Assembly: GCF_001644705.1 (NCBI RefSeq)
Contig: NZ_CP015137.1
Span: 210,001 to 242,000 of the forward strand
DNA length: 32,000 nucleotides
Direction of reading: 5' to 3'
Origin: Dickeya solani IPO 2222
GTDB lineage: Bacteria; Pseudomonadota; Gammaproteobacteria; Enterobacterales; Enterobacteriaceae
Below the pieces are notes generated by a model. That model saw only the letters and a program-made list of their open reading frames with translations, made no database searches and had not been told where the DNA came from. The translations under genes were made by a program, and so were the position numbers. Within the stretch, counting starts at the first letter, position 1. Every line of letters starts with the position of its first letter. This document shows, in pieces, positions 1 to 11,930 of the stretch.

Positions 1-146
1 TGCGACAGGTTGATACATGAAATCCGTCTGGATGAGGTTGCTAAAGCAAAGTGAACAAGGATAATAAAGGGTAGTACCACTTTATGGAACCCTAACCCTC
101 TCTCTTCCCGACTTTTTCTTAGTGGATATCGAGACCTGATAATCGG

Positions 147-3599
<3,453 letters not shown>

Positions 3600-3654
3600 T
3601 CATTTTTCTGCTCTAAATTGTGATGGCCCGACTAAAATCAAAAGAATAACCGCC

Positions 3655-3862
3655 GATATATATCCACAACAATTCGAGTTGCAAAAAGGCGGCAACCGAG
3701 TACCCCCCCCCCAGGAACGTGCATAAGTCAGTGACTGGGGGAACGACAACACGGCCGGGAGCCGTGTTGTACGCGGCTTGCCGTGCCTCCAACGGGGCAA
3801 GGCTCATGGCTGGCCGAGTAATAAAGCCAACGCACCTGCAACTTGACGTATGACGGGTATAG
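3655..3862. repeat. Long-form ERIC/IRU intergenic repeat with an internal insertion of about 75 nt
   Basis: The ends (aattcgagttgcaaaaaggcggcaaccgag ... aaagccaacgcacctgcaacttgacgtatgacgggtata) align with the reverse complement of the canonical ERIC at 19568-19694. The core gtgactgggg is present. The extra block at 3741-3815 is absent from the other copy. Confidence 0.85.
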
Positions 3863-3897
3863 AAAAACGATAAGGTCAGTTCAAGGGCCATATACAA

Positions 3898-5403
3898 ATG
3901 AATAAACTGATCGCTTTTTTGACCTTTTTAGCGATGTTCGCCGTGGGCTTATGGGCAATTTACTATCAGGACTACCGAACTGATCGTCAGAGTGCTTATA
4001 CCAACGCGGAAAGGGCGGTTAAAAATATTGAAGAGATCCTCAATGAGGCCAGAGATGCGGTGGAAGACAGCAAACCGCTACTGGCCCACCCCTGTACGCC
4101 TGACGTCATCCGACAGTTAAATATGACGGCGGCGATCGCCAGCCATTTGCGTACCGTCAGCCTAATCAAAAATGATGTGGTGTACTGCTCGTCGCTGTAC
4201 GGCGTGGATAATCGCCCTGCCGCGCTGGAGCGTTTTCATATGCGGGAACTGGCGCTGCTGGCCGGCAATGCCGTCACGCCGGACAGAACCCTGATAATGT
4301 ATCTCGGCACCACGGTGGACGGCAGCGTCGGCGTCGCCATACATGGTCAGCATTTAACCAACGTTCTGGACCTGCTCAGCAAGCGACGTAATCTTTATTT
4401 GATGGTAGGCAATACCTGGATATCCCGTGACAATAAGGTATCGACATTTCACCCCGACGATCCGCATAATTTTGTCATTATCCCTTCCAGCCACTACCAC
4501 TTTTCCATTCTTTTTCCTCACGACGATAAATATTCTCTTGTCGATTTTTGGGATCAGGAAAAAATGACGTTTCTGGTGGTTTTCCTGATTGCCCTTGGCT
4601 CCGGTTTTCTGGCCTATAAATATTCGACGCGTTTCAACTCGCCTTATGACGGTATTCGGCGCGCTATCGAAAATCAGGAGGTACAACCCTATTACCAGCC
4701 GGTTATCTCTACCGAGTCACGGGAAATTTACGGTGTGGAAGTGTTGGCGCGCTGGCATCACCCAAAGAGCGGTTTTATTTCCCCCGATATTTTTATTCCG
4801 CTGTGTGAACAAAGCGGCCTGATTATCCCGCTGACCCGTTCGTTAATGGGCAGCGTGGTGCGCGATTTGACGTCCCATCTGGACACGCTGCCGGACTATT
4901 TGCACATCGGCATCAATATCAGCGCCCAGCACTGCCAGTCCGACGATTTTATTACCGACTGCCAGAATTTCATCGCCGCCTTTGGCGAGAAAAAAGTACA
5001 TTTGATGATTGAAATTACCGAGCGGGAAAAAATCGACATTACGCCGGAGACCATCGCCTTCTTCAAAAAGCTAAGCGACGCCGGCGTGCTGATCGCGCTG
5101 GACGATTTCGGCACCGGCTATTCCAATTTCGACTATCTCAGAAAACTGCACGTGAATGTCATCAAGATTGACCAGTCGTTTGTTAGCATGATTGACGAGG
5201 ACGATCCGCAATCCAGCACGCTGGTGAACTGCGTTATCGACCTGGCGCAACAGATGAACCTGATGACCGTCGCGGAAGGGGTGGAAACCGAATATCAGGC
5301 CGCGTTTTTATCCCGCAAACAGATCAATTTCATGCAGGGGTATTTCTTCTCCCGACCGTTGCCGTTTGACGAACTGGCGCAAACCTGGCTCAGCAAACGC
5401 TGA
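3898..5403 (+). CDS. CSS-motif-domain / EAL-domain c-di-GMP phosphodiesterase, membrane-bound (501 aa)
   Basis: N-terminal TM helix, then a periplasmic domain with Cys66 (HPCTP) and Cys97 (VVYCSS, the CSS motif), then a second TM helix (MTFLVVFLIALGSGFLAY). The EAL domain follows with EVLARW, NIS, EITE, DDFGTGYSN, KIDQSF, AEGVET and QGYFFSRP. The architecture matches the E. coli PdeC/PdeD/PdeG class. Confidence 0.9.
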   Translation: MNKLIAFLTFLAMFAVGLWAIYYQDYRTDRQSAYTNAERAVKNIEEILNEARDAVEDSKPLLAHPCTPDVIRQLNMTAAIASHLRTVSLIKNDVVYCSSLYGVDNRPAALERFHMRELALLAGNAVTPDRTLIMYLGTTVDGSVGVAIHGQHLTNVLDLLSKRRNLYLMVGNTWISRDNKVSTFHPDDPHNFVIIPSSHYHFSILFPHDDKYSLVDFWDQEKMTFLVVFLIALGSGFLAYKYSTRFNSPYDGIRRAIENQEVQPYYQPVISTESREIYGVEVLARWHHPKSGFISPDIFIPLCEQSGLIIPLTRSLMGSVVRDLTSHLDTLPDYLHIGINISAQHCQSDDFITDCQNFIAAFGEKKVHLMIEITEREKIDITPETIAFFKKLSDAGVLIALDDFGTGYSNFDYLRKLHVNVIKIDQSFVSMIDEDDPQSSTLVNCVIDLAQQMNLMTVAEGVETEYQAAFLSRKQINFMQGYFFSRPLPFDELAQTWLSKR

Positions 5404-5461
5404 GCCGGCGTGTCGTTTAGCCGACGCCTTGACGATAAACGCGTTTTCTCCACCCTCCGTC

Positions 5462-5490
5462 TTTACAAGCCCTGAGACAAGCGGTAAATT
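5462..5490 (+). promoter_or_regulatory. Candidate sigma70 promoter for yegD (TTTACA - 17 nt - TAAATT)
   Basis: The -35-like TTTACA is at 5462-5467, followed by a 17-nt spacer and the -10-like TAAATT at 5485-5490, about 38 nt upstream of the yegD ATG. This is a pattern match only. Confidence 0.3.
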
Positions 5491-5527
5491 CCCGCCCCTT
5501 CTCTACTGGCATGGGGATTAAAAAACA

Positions 5528-6877
5528 ATGTTTGTCGGCTTTGATTACGGTACGGCCAACTGCTCGCTGGCCGTCATGGAACACGGGGCGCCACGCTTGC
5601 TGCGGCTGGAGCAACAGTCGCCCTATTTGCAGTCGATGCTGTGCGCGCCCAACCGCGAAGCGGCCAGCGAATGGCTGTGGCGGCATCATCAGGTCACGGC
5701 GGAAGGTGAAAACGCCCGGCTGCTGCAACGCGCCATCAACCACAACCGCGAGGAAGATATCCGGGTTCAGCCGGACAGCGTCAGGTTCGGACTGGCGGCG
5801 CTGGCGCATTACATGGATGACCCGGAAGACGTATGGTTCGTGAAATCGCCTAAGTCGTTTCTCGGCGCCACCGGGCTGAAACCACAGCAAGTGGCGCTGT
5901 TTGAAGATCTGGTGTGCACCATGATGCTGCACATTCGCCAGCAGGCCGAGCAGCAACTCGACCAGCCGATCGAGCAGGCGGTGATTGGTCGGCCAATCAA
6001 CTTTCAGGGCATGGGCGGCGAAGAGTCCAACCGTCAGGCTCAGGGCATTCTGGAACGGGCCGCTCAACGCGCCGGGTTCCGGCAGGTGGCGTTCCAGTTT
6101 GAACCGGTGGCCGCCGGCCTTGATTTCGAAGCCACACTGCAGCAAGAGAAACGGGTGCTGGTAGTGGATATCGGCGGCGGCACCACCGACTGCTCGATGC
6201 TGCTCATGGGGCCGGACTGGCGCGCCCGCCGCGAACGCGCGGAAAGTCTGCTGGGCCACAGCGGCTGCCGGGTAGGCGGCAACGATCTGGACATCATGCT
6301 GGCGTTTCGGCAGTTCTGCCCACTGCTGGGGATGAACGGCATCACCGAAAAAGGCACCGCCCTGCCGGTGCTGCCGTGGTGGAACGCCGTCGCCATCAAC
6401 GACGTGCCGGCACAGGCGGAATTTTACAGCAACGCCTGCGGTAAGCTGCTGCGCGATTTGATCCGCGATGCGCGCGAACCCGACCGGGTAGAGCGCCTGC
6501 TGACCGTGTGGCGCCAGCGACTCAGCTACCGTCTGGTGCGGCTGGCGGAAGAACAGAAAATCGCGTTGTCGCAGGCGGAAAGCTCACAGGCGCATCTGTC
6601 GTTTATCTCGCCCGAACTGGCAACCTGCGTCAGCGCGAATCAGTTGGAAGAGGCCATTGCCCAACCACTGGAACACATCAGGCAGCAGCTCATTCAGGCC
6701 CAGAAAAACAGTCAGACCCGGCCGGATGTGATTTACCTGACCGGCGGCAGCGCGCGCTCGCCGTTGCTGCGCGCCGCCATCAGTAAATGTCTGCCCGATG
6801 TGCCAATCGCCAGCGGCGACGACTTCGGTTCCGTTACCGCCGGGCTGGCCCGCTGGGCCGAGACACTGTTTCGCTAA
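5528..6877 (+). CDS. yegD: YegD, Hsp70/actin-fold ATPase family protein (449 aa)
   Basis: Near full-length collinearity with E. coli YegD (MFxGFDYGTANCS..., VVDIGGGTTDCS, VIYLTGGSARSPL, GDDFGSVTAGLARWAE). Confidence 0.93.
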   Translation: MFVGFDYGTANCSLAVMEHGAPRLLRLEQQSPYLQSMLCAPNREAASEWLWRHHQVTAEGENARLLQRAINHNREEDIRVQPDSVRFGLAALAHYMDDPEDVWFVKSPKSFLGATGLKPQQVALFEDLVCTMMLHIRQQAEQQLDQPIEQAVIGRPINFQGMGGEESNRQAQGILERAAQRAGFRQVAFQFEPVAAGLDFEATLQQEKRVLVVDIGGGTTDCSMLLMGPDWRARRERAESLLGHSGCRVGGNDLDIMLAFRQFCPLLGMNGITEKGTALPVLPWWNAVAINDVPAQAEFYSNACGKLLRDLIRDAREPDRVERLLTVWRQRLSYRLVRLAEEQKIALSQAESSQAHLSFISPELATCVSANQLEEAIAQPLEHIRQQLIQAQKNSQTRPDVIYLTGGSARSPLLRAAISKCLPDVPIASGDDFGSVTAGLARWAETLFR

Positions 6878-6921
6878 ACAGGATTTCCGTTAAACAGGCT
6901 TTCCGCTAAACGGTATTCCGC
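6875..6921. repeat. Tandem repeat, 16-nt unit x3 (TAAACAGGMTTTCCGY), beginning at the yegD stop codon
   Basis: Copies are taaacaggatttccgt (6875-6890), taaacaggctttccgc (6891-6906) and taaacggtattccgc (6907-6921). The last 13 nt of yegD (cactgtttcgc) resemble a partial fourth copy. Confidence 0.85.
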
Positions 6922-6933
6922 TCAGCACGCGCC

Positions 6934-7749
6934 TCAGGACACGGCCGTCGTGAGGCGTTCAAACCAGCGCTGGCTGTCGTAATCGTCGGCCAGCACAATG
7001 CCGAATTGCTGTTGCAGACAATCCAGATAATCACGATGACTGTCGATCCATCGTTCATTTTTCTGCCCCTGACGGGTCACGATCAGACGGTTGTCCGATA
7101 ACGTCACTCGCCCTTCCGGCGTTACTCGGGTGCAAAGCGATTTACCGGTAAAAGGCGATGACGGCGAGGTCTGGTGGTAATGCGCCATGTCGGCGTACTC
7201 CTCCAGTTGCCGGGGTTGCAACGTAAATTTGTATTGCGGCTTCCATGCGTGGCCCGCCGTCAGTTGCTGTAACTGGTAGCCGTCATCCGTGGCCGCCACC
7301 CGATAGCTGACCAGGTCTTCATGAGATACCGCGCCAGACAACGACACCGGAACACAGAATGAATCGCCGAAACTGATATCGGCAATCACCGCCGACTGCG
7401 GCAGTTCGACCTTCAGAAACAGATGATCGAATGGCTGCCCGTAATGACCGTCGTCGTTCCACACCTGACCGGCCAGCAGTTGCACATCAAATCCCAACGC
7501 CTTCAGCAACAGATAAAATCCGTAGTTGAGTTCGTAGCAGAACCCACCGCGCCGCTCATCAATGATCTTGCGATAGATGGCGGATTGATCAAGGCGTATC
7601 GGTTTCCCGAATACCACATCCAGGTTTTCAAACGGAATGTGCGTAAGGTGAGCAAGATGAAGCCTGTGTAGCCGTAAAGCCGGTTCCGCGGGCAGTGAAC
7701 TGACGCCAATGCGTTGCAGATAGCGTTGAACTTCTGAATGATCCAGCAT
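6934..7749 (-). CDS. Arylamine N-acetyltransferase (NAT/NhoA family, 271 aa)
   Basis: NAT family motifs are present: IPFENLDV, RRGGFCYELN (catalytic Cys), FDHLFL (His) and ADISFG (Asp). Confidence 0.88.
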   Translation of the reverse strand: MLDHSEVQRYLQRIGVSSLPAEPALRLHRLHLAHLTHIPFENLDVVFGKPIRLDQSAIYRKIIDERRGGFCYELNYGFYLLLKALGFDVQLLAGQVWNDDGHYGQPFDHLFLKVELPQSAVIADISFGDSFCVPVSLSGAVSHEDLVSYRVAATDDGYQLQQLTAGHAWKPQYKFTLQPRQLEEYADMAHYHQTSPSSPFTGKSLCTRVTPEGRVTLSDNRLIVTRQGQKNERWIDSHRDYLDCLQQQFGIVLADDYDSQRWFERLTTAVS

Positions 7750-7924
7750 ATATCTTCCCGGTGCCTGAATAAGAGCCTATCTCAATAGGCGGCATTGGCA
7801 ATGTGCTGTCGATAATACCCCTTCGCTGCCTATTGATAAACGGGACGCCGCATCCGGCTGGCAATAAGACGATACCGGTCACGGAGCGGCGCATCTGCCT
7901 ACTGGGCGTGCGCCGCCCATGTGA

Positions 7925-10300
7925 TTAGCGGCTGGCAGGCAACGAATACTGCGCGCTGCGCTCGCCGTTGATATAGAGCGCGCGCCGTTCGTCAGGCGGC
8001 AACTGTACGGTCAACGTCCGCCACGCCGGGATGTATGCGCCTTCCGGGCGGAAGGTGATATCAATACGCCCGGCGCTGCAACACACGTCCCAACGCAGCC
8101 ACAACGCCTGGCCGTCGCGCCAGCGATGCGTTTCACCGTCATCGTCAAACAGTAACCCTTGCTGCACGCCATTGCCGGTCTGTGGGAAAAGCAGCAAGGT
8201 ACGCTGGTCGTCTTCCGCCGGGCAGGTAAAATCCGTCCGCGCCGACAACGGCAGCATCGCGCCGGCCCGCACCAGCAACGGCAACCGCTCCAGAGGCGCA
8301 TCAAGCGTCACGGTTTGCCCGCCGCTGAACCAGTCGCCGCGATAAAAGTCATACCAACCGTCGCCATTATCCGGCAGATAGACCTCTCGCTGACGTTGCC
8401 CCTGCTCCACCACGCTCGCCACCAACAGATCCCGTCCCAGCATGAAATCGTCGGTTTCCTCGAAGGTACGCGGGTCATGCTCATGATCCAGAAAGGTCGG
8501 GCGCAGCATCGGCTCGTCATCAGCATGCGCCTGCCAGAGCAAGGTATACAAATACGGCAGCAGACGATAACGCAGCTGGATGGCGTCACGGATAATCGGC
8601 GTCACCGCCGGGTACATCCAGGGTTCGTTGACCGTGGCGTCGTCATTCCACGAATGAACGGTAAACCGTGGATGCATTACTCCATTTTGCACCCAGCGCG
8701 CGAACAGCTCGGCATCGGGCTTATTACCGGCGAAACCGCCCACATCATGACCCACGTTATACAGGCCGGACAGACTCATGCCGACCCCCATACGGGTGTT
8801 GTAGCGCAGCGTCTGCCAACTGGTACGGTTGTCCCCGCTCCAGGTCTGCACGTAGCGCTGCATCCCGGCGCTGCCGGAGCGCGAAATCAGATAAGGCCGT
8901 AGCGCCGGTGCAAACCGCTGCTGCGCTTCCATCGAGGCACGCATCATCAGCAACGGCATCAGCGGACGGATATGTTTGATGGCAACCGGCTGACCAAAGC
9001 CATGACAGCGCGCTTCGCCATCCCAGATCTCAAATTCGTTGTTATCGTTCCAGGTGGAGTCGATGCCTTTTTCCAGCAGTTGACGGGTCACGTTCTCCTG
9101 CCACCAGGCGACGGTATCCGGGTTGGTGAAATCCAGATGAGAGCCTTCGTCGTCCCAGAAACTGGAGCGTTCCGGGTTATCCGACTCCGAATCGCGCACA
9201 AACAGCCCTCTGGCCGCCACGTCCTGATAGCGGGGGTGATCCTGTAACAGGCAGGGCTTGATATTGGCCGCCAGATGCATACCGGCGTCATGGAATGCCC
9301 GGCTCATCTGTTCCGGCTGCGGTACCTTGTCGTAATTCCAGTTGAACACATAACGCTTGTTGCCTATCGAGGTATAGCCGGACGAGAGCTGGAACGAATC
9401 GCACGGAATCGCATGCTGGCGACACAGTTCGATGAAGGACAACAGCTGTTGCTGAGCGTCCGGCGCGTCGGTGTAATGCATGGTGGACCCGCTGTAACCG
9501 AGACTCCATTTGGGGCCGAAACAGGTTTTGCCGGTAAGCCGGACAAAGGCTTTGGTCACATCGAGAAGGGCGGGGCCGAGCAGAAAATAATAATCCAAAT
9601 CCCCGGCTTCGGCCTGATAGCGCCGGTAAGCCGGGTGGTAATTATCAATCTCGTTGCCCAGATCCAGCCAGGTGGTGCTGAGATTGTCGTAAAACACGCC
9701 ATAGCTGGCCCCCGGTTGATTAACCAGGGTGAACGGCAGGTGCTTGTAGAGCGGGTCGGTGCTTTGCGCGTTATAGCCCATCGCATCCAGATTGCGGAAT
9801 TCAAAGCGACGACCCGCTCGGTTTAAGTCACCGGCTTTTTCCCCCAGCCCGTAGCAACGCTCTTGTGGGGTGCGCTGCTGATAGTGCGCCACGCCGTCAC
9901 CGTGCATATTGAGCAGATAGGCGCCGGTCGGCCGATCGGACGCCAACGGTTGCCACTGCCCGTGCGTATCAAGGTATTCCCATGCCAGCCACAGCGGCTG
10001 GTGCACCGTCACCCGCAATGGCCCGGTGCTGATCTGCAAGGCATCGCCTTGCCAGCACAGCGTATAGCCCGGCAGCGCAAACCCCTCGCTGCTCTCCCGT
10101 TCCCTGCCCTGCCACGGCACGTCCTGCTGCGGCGCGATGCTCCAGGTGCGATTCAATCGCAGGTCGCCATGCTGTTTAATCAGTACCCGCATCAACCCCG
10201 GCGCCAGCACGTACAACAAAAAGCGGTGTGCGCCGTCCACCAGCAGTTCAACCCGATCCTCGGCCTGATGGTGCAATACCCAATATTTCAATGTCTTCAT
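7925..10300 (-). CDS. Glycoside hydrolase family 31 alpha-glycosidase (791 aa), substrate unknown
   Basis: GH31 signature-1-like segment GIDSTWNDNNEFE carries the nucleophile Asp. Signature-2-like segment GHDVGGFAGNKPDAELFARWVQNGVMHPRF carries the acid/base Asp. Size and layout are typical of GH31 (N-terminal beta-sandwich, TIM barrel, C-terminal beta domains). Confidence 0.9.
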   Translation of the reverse strand: MKTLKYWVLHHQAEDRVELLVDGAHRFLLYVLAPGLMRVLIKQHGDLRLNRTWSIAPQQDVPWQGRERESSEGFALPGYTLCWQGDALQISTGPLRVTVHQPLWLAWEYLDTHGQWQPLASDRPTGAYLLNMHGDGVAHYQQRTPQERCYGLGEKAGDLNRAGRRFEFRNLDAMGYNAQSTDPLYKHLPFTLVNQPGASYGVFYDNLSTTWLDLGNEIDNYHPAYRRYQAEAGDLDYYFLLGPALLDVTKAFVRLTGKTCFGPKWSLGYSGSTMHYTDAPDAQQQLLSFIELCRQHAIPCDSFQLSSGYTSIGNKRYVFNWNYDKVPQPEQMSRAFHDAGMHLAANIKPCLLQDHPRYQDVAARGLFVRDSESDNPERSSFWDDEGSHLDFTNPDTVAWWQENVTRQLLEKGIDSTWNDNNEFEIWDGEARCHGFGQPVAIKHIRPLMPLLMMRASMEAQQRFAPALRPYLISRSGSAGMQRYVQTWSGDNRTSWQTLRYNTRMGVGMSLSGLYNVGHDVGGFAGNKPDAELFARWVQNGVMHPRFTVHSWNDDATVNEPWMYPAVTPIIRDAIQLRYRLLPYLYTLLWQAHADDEPMLRPTFLDHEHDPRTFEETDDFMLGRDLLVASVVEQGQRQREVYLPDNGDGWYDFYRGDWFSGGQTVTLDAPLERLPLLVRAGAMLPLSARTDFTCPAEDDQRTLLLFPQTGNGVQQGLLFDDDGETHRWRDGQALWLRWDVCCSAGRIDITFRPEGAYIPAWRTLTVQLPPDERRALYINGERSAQYSLPASR

Positions 10301-10328
10301 AGCATCACTCGTCTATCCGGAAGTTCTG

Positions 10329-11627
10329 TCAGTGTGCGCGCTGACGGCGTTCTGCGATGAACGCAATCAGGAACAGCGCGCCGAATAAATCAAAAAAACC
10401 CATGGCGACAAACAGCGGACTGAATCCCACTTTGTCGGCGGTCACGCCAATCAGCAGTGAAAACAGGAAGCTGGCGATCCACGCACTGGCGCCACGCATA
10501 CCGTTGACCGTCGCCATCTGGCCTTTATCAAACGAATCCACCACCACGGCGCTCAACATGCAGGAAATGATTTGATGGCCGAATCCGCCAATGGAAATCA
10601 TCGCGATGGCCAGATAAGGGTTTTGGGTCATGCTGACCAGCGTGAGCGACAGCATCAAAAACGCGCCGGTCACCGAACTGCCCACCACCGAGTTAATGCG
10701 TGAACAGCCAAACAGCCGGGTGTACAGCCGGGTCAGGTAACCGCTGGCGATACTGCCGAAATCGGCGGCAAGAAACGGCAGCCAGGCGAACATGGCGATT
10801 TGTTTCAAATCCATGCCACGCTCGTTGGCCAGATACAGCGGTACCCAGAAACTCAGCATCGCCCAGGCGGGTTCCGCCATAAAGGCGGGAATAGCGATAC
10901 CGTAGAAACGGCGGTTTTTCATCACCGTTTTCATGGCGGTAAAAAACGGTTGCTTCACCGGCTCCGGCTCATTGTCCTGACGGATAAACGCCAGTTCCTC
11001 CTTACTCAGGCGCGGGTGTTCTGCCGGGTCATGGTAAAACAGCCACCACAATACCACCCACAACATCGCCAGCACCCCGGCAAACAGGAACGCGCCTTGC
11101 CAGCCGAAAGCGGAATGCGCGACCACGATGATGGGCGGCGCCAGCATCGCACCGATGGAAAAGCCTACGCCGGCCCAACCGGCGGCAACGGGCCGTTCCT
11201 GGCGGGGAAACCACTCGCCGATGGTTTTGGCGTTGGCCGGCGTGGCCGCTGCTTCAGCCCCGCCCATCATGAAACGCAAAATGGCAAGCTGCACCCAGCT
11301 CCCGGCACCGGCATGCAGCAGACACACCAGCGCCCAAATCACGGCACAGATCATGAAACCCAGCTTTAATCCAATGACGTCGATCAGCCATCCGCATAAA
11401 GGCTGGAATAGCGTATAGGCCAGTTGAAAGGCGCCGACAATCCAGGAGTATTGCTCGGTGGTAATATTCAGTACCGTTTTTAATTCGGGCGCCAGAATAC
11501 CCAGCGAATTGCGGGTAATATAATTAACCGTGACGCCAAACAGAAATAACGCCAGTATCCACCAGCGCAATTGTTTGAACTTTCGTTTTTCATTGATGAC
11601 GGGCGAGGAATTAACGTCGAGACTCAT
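10329..11627 (-). CDS. MFS transporter, anion:cation symporter (ACS) family, ExuT/DgoT-like (432 aa)
   Basis: Collinear with E. coli ExuT (LRWxxxALxxxG..YxTRN, AGSW..LAxxR...GAAEAA, EWFPxxER, AEPAW, FAWxPxxxADxG, GFSPLF). Strong SD (AAGGAG) 7 nt upstream of the ATG. The 28-nt gap to the GH31 gene implies an operon. Confidence 0.9.
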   Translation of the reverse strand: MSLDVNSSPVINEKRKFKQLRWWILALFLFGVTVNYITRNSLGILAPELKTVLNITTEQYSWIVGAFQLAYTLFQPLCGWLIDVIGLKLGFMICAVIWALVCLLHAGAGSWVQLAILRFMMGGAEAAATPANAKTIGEWFPRQERPVAAGWAGVGFSIGAMLAPPIIVVAHSAFGWQGAFLFAGVLAMLWVVLWWLFYHDPAEHPRLSKEELAFIRQDNEPEPVKQPFFTAMKTVMKNRRFYGIAIPAFMAEPAWAMLSFWVPLYLANERGMDLKQIAMFAWLPFLAADFGSIASGYLTRLYTRLFGCSRINSVVGSSVTGAFLMLSLTLVSMTQNPYLAIAMISIGGFGHQIISCMLSAVVVDSFDKGQMATVNGMRGASAWIASFLFSLLIGVTADKVGFSPLFVAMGFFDLFGALFLIAFIAERRQRAH

Positions 11628-11930
11628 GGTGATCTCCTTGCGGCAGACAACAGTGAAACGCCTTGCGGCGCGACACCATCCTGATGTTCTAATATTCAGA
11701 TTTTTATAAGTATTTTTATGTCACGACGACGTATTCCACGGCGTGATGGCGCCTGAAGAATCATGACCGATTCAGCGTAGAAAAATTAAAAAGCCGGAGA
11801 TACTCACTTTTTTGCAACTATTTTCATGGTAGCGTCAAAACCTGTTCTTTTCGGTCATTCATACGCCGACAGCTGCCCTTTTTCTGGTGATGAAAATTTT
11901 TTCATGATTCAAATTGCGCGGGATCACAAA

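Noticed and set aside
1-54. Window-edge fragments. One is a plus-strand frame open from position 1 to the TGA at 52-54 (..CDRLIHEIRLDEVAKAK*). The other is a minus-strand ATG at 18-16 (MYQPVA...) running off the edge.
   Set aside because: Only 5-17 codons are visible. The plus-frame fragment uses rare AGG and ATA codons. I cannot tell which of the two, if either, is a real gene end or start, so I made no call.
3600-3897. Two minus-strand ORFs (66 and 94 aa) in the mfd-EAL intergenic region
   Set aside because: They are read through the ERIC repeat and its insertion. There is no SD and no protein-like sequence. The region is better explained as a repeat element.
5404-5430. Possible terminator hairpin after the EAL gene (GGCGT..ACGCC with a bulge)
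   Set aside because: The stem is interrupted, 7 bp at most, and only two T residues follow it. That is too weak to call.
3898-6877. A functional link between the EAL phosphodiesterase and the adjacent YegD (yegD lies near the diguanylate cyclase gene dgcE in E. coli)
   Set aside because: As I recall, alkA separates those two genes in E. coli. Here the two genes have a 124-nt gap with a plausible separate promoter. Adjacency alone is not evidence.
7925-10300. The GH31 enzyme as a sulfoquinovosidase (an anionic GH31 substrate that would fit the anion-type transporter)
   Set aside because: No sulfoglycolysis genes (isomerase, kinase, aldolase, SLA reductase or dehydrogenase) are adjacent. In the segment I would align with the reported Arg/Trp sulfonate-binding pair, I read KRYVF (Phe, not Trp). 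My recall of the reference sequence is also not reliable enough. It remains a testable possibility inside the broader acidic-glycoside hypothesis.
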